Below, piece after piece: positions 15,054 to 28,253 of a DNA stretch of 64,000 nt. Position numbers and translations under genes: made by a program. Location: the NCBI GenBank assembly GCA_002269645.1, contig NIVC01002020.1, forward strand, positions 1-64,000, in the 5' to 3' direction. Numbering within the stretch: position 1 is the stretch's first letter; each line of letters opens with the position of its first letter. This stretch comes from Macrostomum lignano (lineage: Eukaryota). The notes beneath the pieces are model-generated. The model saw only the letters and a program-made list of their open reading frames with translations. It made no database searches and was not told the origin of the DNA.

Positions 15054-18000
15054 ATGGCTCGACGTGGCACCAGCGCATTGAAGAAGAGCAGAGATGCCAA
15101 GAAGAAGCGTCAGCAAGAGAGTGCCGTTCAGCGAGAGGAGCGGCTGGCTGGACTGCGGCAGCAGAAGAATGAGCGAACGGCCATGGAGACTGACGCGCAG
15201 CGAGAAGAGCGGCTGGCTGGACACCGGCAGCAGGAGGCTGAGCGAAGGGCAACGGAAACCGACGCTCAGCGAGAAGAGCGCCTGACGAGACTCCGGCAGG
15301 AAAATGCTGAGCGAAGGGCAATGGAAACCGACGCTCAGCGAGAAGAGCGCCTGACGAGACTCCGGCAGGAAAATGCTGAGCGAAGGGCAACTGAAACCGA
15401 CGCTCAGCGAGAAGAGCGCCTGACGAGACTCCGGCAGGAAAATGCTGAGCGAAGGGCAACGGAAACCGACGCTCAGCGAGAAGAGCGCCTGACGAGACTC
15501 CGGCAGGAAAATGCTGAGCGAAGGGCAACGGAAACAGACGCTCAGCGAGAAGAGCGTAGATCTGGAGACAGAACTCGTGCGGAGAAGCGACGCGCTTCAG
15601 AAACCGAAGAGCAACGAAGAGCTCGAGTGGAAGCCGAGCAAATTCGCCGTCGAGGAGTGTCGGCTGGCAGGTAGGATGACATTTTAATTGGAGCTATATA
15701 TTTTATAGCTATATAAAATCCAAGTGCCCATTGTGCCTAATTCTGGGTATTTTCTATCTTAGCTGATGTTTTATTGGTACTTGGGCATATAATTAAAAAC
15801 TGGAATCTGTTTCGTGCATTTTTCCTAATCTTTTCAGGTCGATTGCTTTCCAAGAATTTTTATTTAAGAGATCAGTATAGAATAGCATAAAATTTATTCG
15901 TCACTACTTTAATAACCGACAAATGAAGTTGTGTATAATTTTTTCCTATATTCCAGGTTTGATAGTAGTGAGTTGGCCACACCGTCTGTGGTACCTTTTG
16001 ATGCGTTGCGCATAATTCGCATTCCTGGTGATGGGAACTGTTTTTTTTATGCAGTCTGTGATCAGTTGCAGGGCACTCCACTTGAGACCGATGCGGCATC
16101 TTTAAGACACGAGCTGACGAGCCGTGTAGTGCAGATTATGCCAGAATTGATTGAACAAGGCTTTGTTTTGCCAGAAAATGCTGATTTCATTGTTGATTCA
16201 TCTTTTTCTGAAGGCACATATGTGCCTGATGAAGTTGTTCCGCTTTTAAGCCGTTGTTTTAATGTTGATCTGGTGATTTATCAAGAAAATGGCACTGTAT
16301 TGCAGTACTGTATGTCCCCTTTGCAGCCACCGATTGCAATCGTCCGAATTCTTTTGCGTCATGAGCATTATGAGTCATTGCGATTTGCTAATCCGATTCC
16401 AGTTTCTGAGCCCATTGTAGATGCAGAGGAGCCAAGATTAACTCAACAGGGTGCAGGTCATTTTGGCGCAAGACCTGCTCAAGAGAGGTAGGTCATTGGT
16501 GTGACTGGTCATCATAATTTATTTGTCATCGAACTCAAGTTGTTTTATTCTAATAATTTTTTTTGTAAACTGAAAGATTAACTGGGAAAACTGTTTGCCA
16601 TTAATCCTTTCTAATCCTAATCCTTCTAATCACAGGCCAGAACGGATAATCAGGCCTGAAGCGCCAGCCCATAACTGTGGCCCAATGGACAGAGCATGCG
16701 ACCAATGCGGTGCATTACTTTGGTGCTCTGAGACGAGGAATTTCTGCTGCGCCAAAGGCAAGGTAAAGCTGCCCAGCCGCACCGTGCCTCAAGTGCTGGC
16801 GGATCTGTACCTGGGGCGGCACAGACTGAGTGCCAAGTTCCTGACCAACATTCGGAGTTACAACTCGGCGCTGCACCTGACATCGCTGGGTGCCAAACTG
16901 CGGTTGGTGCCAGGCTGGTGTCCCAGCTTCATCATCAGCGGCCAGTTGCATCACAACACGGCGCCGCTGTTTGCAGAAGATTCAGCTGAGCCCCATGGCT
17001 GGCAAGTGTATTTCAATGATCGCGAACTTGAAAGCCGCCAGAGTCTCAGCCAGAAGGTGAAGCCGGAACTACTGGAGCTGTTGCAGACGCTGCTTCACGA
17101 ATGCAACGGCTATGTCCGCAGCCTGAGGGCAGTCGCTCATCGAATCAGTCAAGATCCGGAGTTGGGAGATGCGCGAATCGTGATTCACCCTGACCGTCGA
17201 CCATCTGGGGAACACATTCGGTATGTCTGCAAGACATTCTAATAAGATATTTTGCGTAATAAATTATCCAATTATCCAATTATCCAATTTGTACAAACTC
17301 AGTATCCCACAAACTCCGTTCAAAATAAGGCGCTACAACTTGCCTACGGCGAACGAGGTCGGTATCCTGATTGTGGAGGACAATGAGAACACACCGGCCA
17401 GTCGGGACGTGGTGATTCAACTGCGTGGAGGCGGTTCCCAGAGAATCAGCGAGACGCACCGCTCATATGACCCGCTGGAGTATGTGCTGCTGTTCCCGAA
17501 TGGCGAAGATGGCTGGCACCCGGAGTTGCTGATGAGTAATGGCAAGAAATTGACGCCCATGAAATACTATGCGAGCGAAATCATGGTGCGAGCGGGCCAG
17601 TTCAGTGTGCTGCACTATGGCCGAAGATTATTTCAGCAGTACTTGGTGGACATGTGTGCCAAGATTGAGGCAGAGAGGCTGCTGTATTTGCGGACCCATC
17701 AGCAGGACCTGCGCAGCGAGACGTACAGCGGTCTGCGGGACGCTCTGTTTGCAGCTGATGGCAGGTCTACCGACAGAGATCCGAGTGACATAGGCAAGCC
17801 CGCGCATGTGCTTCTGTCTTCGAGCTTCGTTGGCGGGCCAAGGTACCTGATGGAGAGGCTACAGGACGCTATGACCTATGTTCACAAGTTCGGTAAGCCG
17901 GACCTGTTTGTCACCGCAACGTGCAATCCGAAATGGCCGGAGATCAGCGCTCAGCTTCTGCCTGGACAGCGGGCAGAAGACCGGCCCGACATTGTTAGCC

Positions 18001-21000
18001 GAGTCTTTGAAATGAAGAAGAAAGCTCTGCTGGCCCAGTTGACCAAGCGCTATGGGAAAGAGGCCGCTCACGTTTGCTCACTGGAGTACCAGAAGCGTGG
18101 TGAGTAAAAATTCTGACTTGCAAGAATCAAAGTTTTAAGATTTATTAAAATTTAGATTTACAAAGGTTTTGTGATATTTTTTAATACTTTTTTGACGCTC
18201 CAGGTCTTCCTCATGTGCACTTTCTGCTGTGGCTCGTGAGCGGTCAGCGAGTGACTCCGGACCGATACGATGACATCGTGTCTGCCGAGATTCCGGACCC
18301 AGAGCAGCAGCCTGTGCTGTATGAGCTGGTGAAGACGCACATGATCCATGGCCCCTGCGGCAAGGAGAATCCGGCGTGTCCTTGCATGGAGAATGGCGAA
18401 TGCAGCAAGGGCTTTCCGAAAGAGTTCCAGCAGGTGACGCTGACCAGCGATACTGGCTACCCACTGTACCGCAGACTATCGCCTGAGATGGGCGGATTTA
18501 CAGTGGACAAACTGTTCAAAGGCCGGAGCATTCGCATGGACAACAGGGAAGTTCAAACGCTAATATATTGCTTAGTTGTGCATTGCTGCTTTTGTTTCTG
18601 AAAGTTAATGATATTATTTTTTCATTAAAACAGGTGGGTCGTTCCGTACAGCCCTGAACTGTTGCTCCACTTTGCGTGCCACTTGAACGTCGAAGTTTGC
18701 GCCACTGTGAAGTCGGTCAAGTACGTGATCAAGTACCTGTTAAAGGGTGGCGACATGGCGACGTTCAAAGTCGATGCCAATAGGAATTCTACTGAACCGA
18801 GAGAGCAGGCAGTGGGTAACCAGCAGCCGACGCAAACGACACGAAATGAGCCGCGGCGTGATGAGATTAAGGAGTACCTGTCCGCGCGCTACATTGGTCC
18901 AATGGAAGCCGTGAATACCATCTTGGGCTTTGAAGTAATTCGCATTCTAATTATTATTGGCTCATTTTAACCAGAGCTGTGAAACCTCATCATAGTATAA
19001 ATTGAATTTCCATCGAAACTTAAAGGCTGTATATTTTCCTTTCACTTTCTGATCAGGTGCACAACAGGTTTCCGGCGGTCATCCGACTCTGCGTTCACAA
19101 GTCGGAAGAGCAGCTCGTGTATTTCAACGAGGGGACCGCAAGAGCAAAAGCGAGAACGCCGAAGGATTCGACGTTGACGGCATTTTTCAAGCTGTGCCGT
19201 ATTGACGAATTTGCTGGGTCCTTGCTCTACACGGACGTGCCGTCCTACTTCGTGTGGCACTCCAGTGAAAGAGAGTGGCGGCGGGCCAAGCAGGGTGTGC
19301 GAGTCGATGGCCATCCGGGTGTAGTGCGGAACAAAAACGTTGCACGCATGTATACGGTGAGTCCAAGAGCAGGTGATTTATTTTACGTTCGAATGCTCCT
19401 TTTGAATGTTAGGGGACCGACTAGCTTCGAGGCGCTGCAGACCGTGGACGGCGTTGTGCATCCGAGCGCCAAGGCTGCTTGCATGGCCCTTGGCCTGCTG
19501 CAGCGAGATGATCACTGGCGGCGGTGTCTAGCTGAGGCCGTTCAGTCAAGAATGCCAAGAGCCCTGAGACATCTTCTGGCCGTAATTCTCATATGGGGTG
19601 AGCCTGAGGATGGCAGCGACCTCTGGTGCAGTTTTGCCGAGGATCTCAGCGAGGACCTGCGGTTCCACCACCGAGACTTGAGCACCGAGGAGATTACTGA
19701 CCTGGCGCTGCGTGAGCTTCAGAGCATGCTGATCTCCATGGGCGGGAGAAGCCTGCCAGAGTACGGCCTGCCTGCGGCCTCCGTGACACCTCAAGATGGA
19801 CCAATGCAGTTTGATACGGTTGAGCAAGCACTGATTACTGAGGCGCGCTTACCAATGCTGACAGATGAGCAGAAAGCGGTGTACGAGTCCGTGACTCAGA
19901 ATCTTGTGGACGGCACCAGCGGCTTGCACTTCCTGGACGCACCTGCTGGCACTGGCAAGACCTTCCTGCTGGAGGTTCTGCTAGCCTTCGTGCGCAGCCG
20001 GGGTGAAGTCGCTCTCGCCGTTGCGGCTTCTGGAATCGCAGCGACTCTTTTGCCAGGTGGACAGACGGCGCATTCAACGTGAGTAATTTATTGTCAATAT
20101 TTCAAAAAGCAGTTGTAAATATTTCGTGTGCTGTAAATATGTTCGGCATGGTGAAACTATTTGTCTATGCCAGGTTCAAGATACCAATTCGGGCGATCCG
20201 TTCGAGCAAAGACGTGTGCGCTGTTGGAGCGCAGTCCAAACAGGCCGCTTTATTTCGGACAGTGCGTCTAATTGTCTGGGACGAGATTTCTATGACAAAC
20301 CGGAAGGATTTGGAGGCCGTCGACCGGTGCTTGCGAGACGTGCGGAAGCAGGACGTGCCATTCGGCGGAGTGGTTTTCGTTTGCGCTGGGGACTTTCGCC
20401 AGCTGCTGCCCGTTGTGGTGCATGGGACTCGAGCCAACAGCGTCATGGCGTGTGTCAGCAGATCCCCACTGTGGAAATTTTTCCGGCGGCATCGCCTTAC
20501 AAGAAACATCCGATTGCTGAGCAGTTCCGATTCTGCAACGTATTTGAGATACACCGAGCTACTCAAGCAGGTAAGTTTGTTTTCATCAGTTTATTTATTG
20601 GAAGATTTAAGGATGTTCGGTTTCTTTCGTGTTGAGAGCTCCATTTTAAAAAGTGTGGCTTATTCAAGAATGCCTTGCTTAAAGTCTGTCTAGCGTTTTA
20701 AATATTTGACTTTTAACTCCCCCAGATCGGATCCGGAACAATTGAGCAGGATGCAGAGGAGAAAGTGTCTCTTCCTGCTGAGATCATTATTTCTGCGGAG
20801 GCGCCGCTCAATGATCTGATAAATTTTGTGTACCCATCGTTTGAGGCCTCAGTGGAGAGGGACGGCTACTTTGCAAGCCGAGCGATCCTGGCGCCGTACA
20901 ATGACTCAGTGGATGCCATCAACGAGACGTGCCTGGGCATGTTCCCCGGCAGCCTGCGGGAGTACCGCTCAATAGACAGTGTGGCCGATGAGGATGCCGC

Positions 21001-21490
21001 TACGCACTTCCCGCCTGAGTTGCTCAACCAGCTGGATGCCCCGAACTTTCCGATTCACTTGCTGAGGCTAAAAGTGGGTATGCCAGTAGTTCTTCTCAGG
21101 AACATCAACCCGCCACGATTGTGCAATGGTACGCGGCTGATCATACTCGCAATGGGCGAGAACGTGCTTAGATGCAAGATTGCCGCCGGCCAGTTCACGG
21201 GAGACGAGATTCTTCTGCCGCGAATCCCGCTGATTCCTAGCAATGCGGACCTCCCCGTCAGTTTTAAGCGGCTGCAGTTCCCTGTGAAGCCGAGTTTCTG
21301 CCTGACGATTCACAAGTCGCAGGGACAGTCTCTGGACACAGTTGGCATTGACCTGTCAGTCGGTTGCTTCACGCATGGCCAGCTGTACACGGCGCTGTCA
21401 CGAGCAAAGAACGCGGCAAATGTTCGCGTCCGGATTCCGGGAACAAGGACCAGAAACGTTGTGTTTCCAGAAGTTCTCACTGAAGAGTAA
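15054..21490 (+). CDS. Helitron RepHel protein (STPR-like 23-aa repeats, OTU protease, Zn finger, HUH Rep, PIF1 helicase); exons 15054-15670, 15957-16487, 16636-17220, 17330-18099, 18204-18546, 18634-18934, 19057-20078, 20174-20570, 20726-21490; about 1776 aa
   Basis: Rep motifs PDLFVTATCNP, EYQKRGLPHVH, DNRWVVPY and KYVIKYLLKG. PIF1 motifs DAPAGTGKT, IVWDEISM, GDFRQLLPV, TIHKSQGQSL and FTHGQLYTALSR. OTU GDGNC...HY; Zn finger CDQC...CC. All junctions are phase-consistent, but intron 5 needs a GG donor (18547). Confidence 0.9.
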
Positions 21491-22629
21491 TTTATTTATC
21501 GTAAAAAATGAGGGGTGAGCAATAATTTTCCTTATTATTGCAAAAGGCTAGAAAGTATATTCATTTATTTTTAAGGAAAAATAGAATAATTATTTCCCAT
21601 ATCTCTTAAGTAATAGCTCTCATTCTCTAAAATAATAGCTGTCAATAGCTCTCATTCCTAAAAGAATCGCAGGAAATTTATTGCCCCAACCTCATTTCTA
21701 ACGAAGCGTAGATATTGCGTGGCAGTGAGTACGAGCTAATAGCTGATGAACTTTATGTTGAAGCTCAATTAGGCTTATTTTATTCATTGTATAAATTTTT
21801 ACAGTCAATTTGCACTTTACAGTTAATTTGTATTTTAAGGCAATTTCATATTAGCCGAAAGTAACTTTTGAAACAAACCTTCTTTTGCACTGCTTTTAAT
21901 GAATTCAATCTTTGATGAGCAGTTAATTTTGTCTTTTATTTTTCCCCTGAAATTTCATTATAATTTGTGTAAAAACTTTACTTATTTTATATCGCAAATT
22001 TATGCAAAAGACGAAACAATTTTGTTTTTAGTTTTCCAAGGTTCGCAAAAACTTAACATTAGAGTGAATTTTAGTATATGGATTTTTACGCAAACTACGA
22101 GTGACAGTCTTTTTTCAAAAATCTAAAATATCTCAAGTCACCTGTAACAACTGTGGACTGTAAGCTCATAAAAAACGATTTGCATCAACTTGCGACGGGG
22201 CCTTCGTCTTCCATATATTGAAAGTTGAATAATATACGAAACTCACAAGATGTCAATTTTAACTAAGACGAAGGCCCTGAATGAAGCTTTTGTCTTACTT
22301 CATTTCTTAATCTTTGGCGAAACAAATATGAATAGTCTGTGGCAAAGCGCAAAGGCTAAGGAAATAGAGCCAAACTGATTGTTCTGACTATGGATTTGAG
22401 GGCAGGAATGAGCGAATCCGAGGGCTGCGACTATAGACTAACGTAGAGTATTAAAGGAACTCATCTGGTCACATGCAGCCATTGCACACGCTATGTATAC
22501 GTGACATATCGGTTGTACTTTTAATGCCATGTTCATAAGTTTCACTTTGTACTTTTCAAGTTTATTCGCAAAAAAATACAAAAAATTCTTGCGTTACAAA
22601 CGTCAAAAACGTTTAACAAACGTTAAAAA

Positions 22630-23765
22630 TTAAAGAGCCACCATGTCTAACATTAAAGAGCCACCATGCCAAACATCAAAGAGCCACCATGCCAAACATT
22701 AAAGAGCCACCATGTCAAACATAAAAGGACCAACATGTCAAACATTAAAGAGCCACAATGTCAAGCATAAAAGGACCACCATGTCGAACATTAAAGAGCC
22801 ACCATGTCAAAAATTAAAGAGCCACCATGTCAAGCATAAAAGGACCACCATGTCGAGCATTAAAGAGCCACCATGTCTAACATTAAAGAGCCACCATGTC
22901 GAACATTAAAGAGCTACCATTTCAATCATTAAAGAGCCATCATCACATTGAGGTGCCACCAGGTCAAACATTAAAGAGCCACCATGTCAAAAATAAAAAA
23001 GCCACCATGTAGAACATTAAAGAGCCATTATGTCAAACCTAAAAGAGCCACCATGTCAAACATTAAAGAGCCACCATGTCTAACATTAAAGAGCCACCAT
23101 GTCGAACATTAAAGAGCCACCATGTCGAAGATTATAGAGCCACCATGTCGAACATTAAAGAGCCACCATTTCAATCATTAAAGAGCCATCATCACATTGA
23201 GGTGCCACCAGGTCAAACATTAAAGAGCCACCATGTCAAACATAAAAGAGCCACCATGTCCAACATATATGTGACTCCATGTCAAACATTAAAGAGCCAC
23301 CATGTCAAACATTAAAGAGCCACCATGTCAAACATTAAAGAGCCACCATGTCGAACATTAAAGAGCCACCATGTCAAACATTAAAGAGCCACCATGTCGA
23401 ACATTAAAGAGCCATTATGTCAAACCTAAAAGAGCCACCATGTCAAACATTAAAGAGCCACCATGTCGAACATTAAAGAGCCATCATGTCAAACACTAAA
23501 AAGCCACCATGTCAAACATAAAAGATACACAATTTCAAACGTAAAAGTAAGCGTCATGCCAATTTTAAAGGAGCCACTATAGAGCTAAGGAAATTGTTGC
23601 ACTAGCTACTTATTGTCTGGTGGATGCTTACTATTTGGGGATGCTTGCTATCTGGGGGATGCTTGCTATCTGGGGGATGCTTGCTATCTGGGGGATGCTT
23701 GCTATTTGGGGGATGCTTGCTATCTGGGGGATGCTTGCTATCTGGGGGATGCTTGCTGTCTTGGG
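22630..23765. repeat. Helitron 3' subterminal 23-bp array followed by 18-bp array
   Basis: Directly visible tandem repeats. Confidence 0.93.
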
Positions 23766-23876
23766 ATGATTTCTTTTTGCATTACACTTTATTTGAGCAG
23801 TTTGTCTGTTGTCTTTGTCAAGGCTTTATTTGGCTGTCTTTTTGTTACTTGTAGAGAACAGAGATTCTATACAGAT

Positions 23877-23905
23877 GCCCCCCAACGGGGGGCGAAGATT
23901 GCTAG
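23877..23905 (+). other. Helitron 3' termination signal: GC hairpin plus CTAG
   Basis: gcccccc aac ggggggc, then 8 nt, then CTAG. The same signal, with one stem substitution, ends units 3 (39602) and 4 (43251). Confidence 0.9.
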
Positions 23906-24836
23906 TCCTATATACTAAAAATGAAATGCTTGGTTGCTTGCTTGTAATTGATTTTCTCCCGAACGGCTCAACCGATTTTCTTCAAACTTGCACCATTCGA
24001 TCAGAAATTTTCCCGGGACGGTACATGCATATTGGCTAAGAAATTGCTCAATGTTAAAGGGATTAAATATTCGAAAAACATGATTTTTTGCAAAGGTCAA
24101 GCAGCTCTTTCGACCTGAAATGCATTGTAAGAATGCTAGAGAAAAAACTGACTGACTGAATTCCGATTGTGATAAAGATTGCATCACAACAAGTTGAAAA
24201 CAGTGCCGAACAAATGCACACAAAACTTGAATGAAATTGCGTAACCATATTGCCAACTTAAATTGAGACTGATTCTGGCTGACTGAGAAATTGATTATGT
24301 CATAATTTTTTACTCCAATTGACTTGCTGTAAGAATTGAATTATAAGGGCCACAATTCATGTTCTCCAATTGAATCTCTTTTTTAGAAACCCTCTATTTT
24401 TAGCCACGTTAGCCACACGCCGCACTGGCTTCCCAATTACAGTGTACATTTAAGATCTTTTTTGTGTCCTATTATTGAAGTGTGTCGAAAACAGATTGCA
24501 TAACAAGTCGCACCACACTCGACTCTGACACCCCACACAGTGTACATAAAGAAAGAACGTAAAAGCTAAGGCAATCACCAGCCAATCCACAACAAGTAGC
24601 CCAGTGGGTGGATTAGAACAAAACTCTCTCTGATTGGTTAGCCAGATCTAAATTGATCTTTACATGGCACCCTCTATTGGCATGAGTCATCACAGTTAGG
24701 GTTGTCCGAAACGAAATGCTGCAATATAAACTGGCACAATTGGCCTTGATGCTAAAACTATCAAACCACAAACCGTAAAGACCTTATCAGTGAAATTTTT
24801 ATAATCCATATTTTTGGCAACTATCAATCGAGCAAT

Positions 24837-26245
24837 ATGGAGTCAACCGAAGGAGCCAAGAAAAGCAAAGCGTGTATCTCTGCTCTGCTTCCGGGCCTGA
24901 TGCACGCTGCAATCGTTGGCCTCGTAATGAGGCTGTCCAAAATCACGGACTTTGAAGGCAAAAGAGGACCAGGCCAAGTGTTTTCCTTTATCCTCTGTGA
25001 CGACACCGGCGATATACGTGTAAGCGTGTTCGGAAAGGATCTTAAGCCTTTCCTGGAGGTGTGTCGTGAGGGCGTCGCCGTCCGCATATCCGGCGGCTGG
25101 GTGAAGAAGGCGGATCCCAAATACAGCACTACGGACAATGAGCACGAGCTAACAGTTTCAATTGACCAACGTGGAACCATTGTGAGGACCCTCGAGACCG
25201 TCACTCGACGTGCACCAAGCTATAAGAAGATAAAAGAGATTTCGGACTGTGAAATGAAAATGTAAGTTAACTTGTTGCAATTGTTAAAAATAAAATGGAA
25301 AGGATTTGGAATATATATTCCCACTAAATGTTAGGTTAGCCAATTATTTCTAGGGAAACTTATTTAAATCAGTCAGTGAAGTTGCTTAGTGAATGAGTTA
25401 ATGCATTCTTGTAAGTTCACCCTTTGCCTCACATATCTCAGGAATGTTAACGTCTATGGCACGATTTCTGCTGTCCAGAAACCAACGGAAGTTAAAACCG
25501 GTTCCGGAAAACTTATCAACCTGGCGAAAGTGACGCTTGTTGATCAGTCTGGGTCCTCCGTGTCGTGCACATTTTGGGCCAGCTCTACTGCCCAAGTGAA
25601 TGACTGGTCTGTGGGCGACGTTCTAGCGATTCATGGTGCTCAAGTCCAGGAATATTCCCAGACAATCAGTCTCGGATGTTCGAAAGCGGAAATTCAGCAT
25701 TGGCCAGAAGACTCTGCTGATGTCTCCGACATTACCCAGTGGTACAAGGATGCGCTTTCTAGCCAACAGTGCTTCGAGGAGCTACGGGTGACGCAAAGCT
25801 CCCAGCGGGAGAAATATGCTAACCGTGACGACGAAATGGTATTACAGTACCCAGAGCGAATGTTCGACCAATTCGATGAGGTGCGAAGAATTAAAGTGCG
25901 ATTTGGGGACAAAGAGGTAAGTTGATTTTACGAGTATTACGTGTGGGTTAAATAGAAATATGGTGTCAGAGAACGTACTAAAGAAGCAATAAGTGATTGA
26001 CTGCTTAGATTCATTATTAACTTGTTCAATGAGGCCTCTTATCTCTAAAGATTAGGTTTATTCATTCATTCAAGAGTAATATGAATATAAAAAATTGATT
26101 AAATTCATATATAAATTTCATTTCACAGGTGACATTTTCCCGAGATCATATCAACAGAAGTCAGCAGATCCCCGCTATGTCAACCCCTAAGGCTCCCAAT
26201 GTGTCCGAGAAGCCTGGGCCATCACATGATTTCATGGACGAGTAG
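24837..26245 (+). CDS. RPA70-like ssDNA-binding protein with two OB folds (DBD-A/DBD-B like); exons 24837-25261, 25442-25916, 26129-26245; 338 aa
   Basis: ISALLPG..KRGPGQVFSFILCDDTGDIRVSVFG..KADPKYSTTDNEHEL and VNVYG..LVDQSGSSVSCTFWA..VLAIHGAQV..WY parallel RPA1 ([64 protein letters not shown]..WF). Canonical GT-AG introns, phases consistent, no stops. Confidence 0.85.
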
Positions 26246-26479
26246 GACTTGAAAGACTAATAAAGATGCAATTAACGTGAGTAATGCTTGAGTGCATTTT
26301 TGTCTGCCAGTAGCGCATCTGAGTTCGATAGCCATCACAAGTAGTTTAACCTGATATGTATAATACGGCCCGATGAGACGTATCAGGTAAATCTTGCTTT
26401 ATTCACCTAATAAATTAAAATTAGATGGGATCATAATGGAATTGGGATCAGTGATTAGCTAAGCAAAATGATTAGCTAA

Positions 26480-27720
26480 ATTGTGTTCATTGCATAACAG
26501 AACTGAGATCATTGCTTAGCGAAATTGGGTTCATTGCATAACAGAACTGAGATCATTGCTTAGTTAAATTGGGTTTATGGCATTACAGAACTGAGAGCAT
26601 TGCTTAGCTAAATTGGGTTCATTGCTTGTTCATTGGGTTCACAGAATCTCTTAGATCCCAATCCTAAATTCACAGAATCTCTTAGATCCCAATCCTAAAT
26701 TCATAGAATCTCTTAGATCCCAATCCTAAATTCATGGGATCTCTTAGATCCCAATCCTAAATTCACAGAATCTCTTAGATCCCAATCCTAAATTCATAGA
26801 ATCTCTTAGATCCCAATGCTAAATTCTTATAATCTCTTAGATCCCAATCCTAAATTCACAGAATCTCTTAGATCCCAATGCTAAATTCACAGAATCTATT
26901 AGATTCCAATCCTAAATTCATAGAATCTCTTAAATCCCAATCCTAAATTCATAGAATCTCTTAGATCCCAATCCTAAATTCATAGAATCTCTTAGATCCC
27001 AATCCTAAATTCACAGAATCTTATATATCAATCCTAAATCATTGCTTAGCTAAATTGTGTTTGTGGCATAACGGAAGTGAGATCATTGCTTAGCTAAATT
27101 GTGTTTGTGGCATAACAGAAGTGAGATCATTGCTTAGCCTAATTGGGTTCATTGCATAACAGAACTAAGATCATTGCTTAGCGTAATTGGGATCATTTGG
27201 CATAACTAAGTTGGGATCCTTGCATACTAAATTGGGATCATAGCAAACCAGAATTGGAATTATCGCATAATGAAATTGGGCTCATGGCATGATACGAATG
27301 GGATCATTGAAGAATGGAAAATTGGATTCATAGTTTACCAGAATTATGATTAGTAAGAGGGGCGTCCGTAAGGTAATGAAAATTTTCTGCTACGAGTTGG
27401 GATCAAGGCAAACCAGAATAGGATCGGATTGGGTTCCCAATAGCCAATTGGGTTCCCAACCCAATAGCTAAATTGTGTTTGTGGCATAACAGAAGTGAGA
27501 TCATTGCTTAGCTAAATTGTGTTTGTGGCATAACAGAAGTGAGATCATTGCTTAGCCTAATTGGGTTCATTGCATAACAGAACTAAGATCATTGCTTAGC
27601 GTAATTGGGATCATTTGGCGTAACTAAAATGGGATTATTGCATAACAAAATTGAGATCCTTTCATAACTAGATTGAGATCATTGCATAACTAGATTGGGA
27701 TCAAGGCAAACCAGAATAGG
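26480..27720. repeat. Unit 2 internal repeats: about 37-bp cataacagaactgagatcattgcttagctaaattggg units flanking a 31-bp agaatctcttagatcccaatcctaaattcac array (26643-27030)
   Basis: Directly visible. Confidence 0.88.
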
Positions 27721-27953
27721 ATCGGATACAATCGGATCCCAATTTAGTTGTGCCATGAAAGTTAATAAGTAATAGTGAAATTAATGTAGGTAAATATTAG
27801 GTGAATATATAGCAGGTTGGCTGCATATCAATGGGCCTTGAGATTGTGGTTGAAATAACGTGTTCGCTGCTTTTTCACGATTCAGAGGTTCTTCCACTCT
27901 AAAACTGAGGGTATGCAGCCATGAGAGAGAGGTTTGAAGCAGCTTCAGCAAAC

Positions 27954-28253
27954 CTAGAGACTTGTGATAGCTAAGCTTTTTGTGTGACGTTGAGTGCGTG
28001 AACTTAACTTGCCCCAGTGAATGCCTCTGACCAGCAGTGCAGAGTAAAGCAAGCCAACAAGCAGTAGGATTGACACCATTATTCTTGCAGTCAAATGCAA
28101 TGAACTGTGCAATGATACTGTCTTGTTGGCGGAGCCTTCTGCAAGTGCATCATGTTTACTGTTTGTGGGTAATATTTTTAGGTGCAATGCAATTTTTTCT
28201 TTTTTCATTGAACTGAATCCCATTACTGTCCCATTACTGTCGTTTTCTGACAT
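27954..28253 (-). CDS. Hypothetical 99-aa ORF with one hydrophobic segment, in unit 2 cargo
   Basis: ATG-initiated non-repetitive ORF with the segment IMVSILLLVGLLYSALLV; no family recognised. Confidence 0.25.
   Translation of the reverse strand: MSENDSNGTVMGFSSMKKEKIALHLKILPTNSKHDALAEGSANKTVSLHSSLHLTARIMVSILLLVGLLYSALLVRGIHWGKLSSRTQRHTKSLAITSL

Larger units (their letters stand above)
13349..23905 (+). mobile_element. Helitron unit 1, autonomous type (10,557 bp)
   Basis: 5' TC, RepHel gene, subterminal repeats, gcccccc-aac-ggggggc hairpin, 3' CTAG. Confidence 0.92.

Noticed and set aside
15030-21313. Minus-strand and alternate-frame ORFs over the RepHel genes (and their counterparts in 30796-36936)
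   Set aside because: Shadow ORFs of GC-rich coding sequence with no recognisable motifs.
22712-23918. ORFs such as MSNIKEPP, GDACYL and MFDMVAL (also 38396-43408)
   Set aside because: Translations of the 23-bp and 18-bp Helitron subterminal arrays.
24837-26245. Host RPA1 gene interrupted by Helitrons
   Set aside because: It lies wholly inside a unit with Helitron termini within the A|T insertion, and lacks the RPA1 N-terminal and C-terminal domains.
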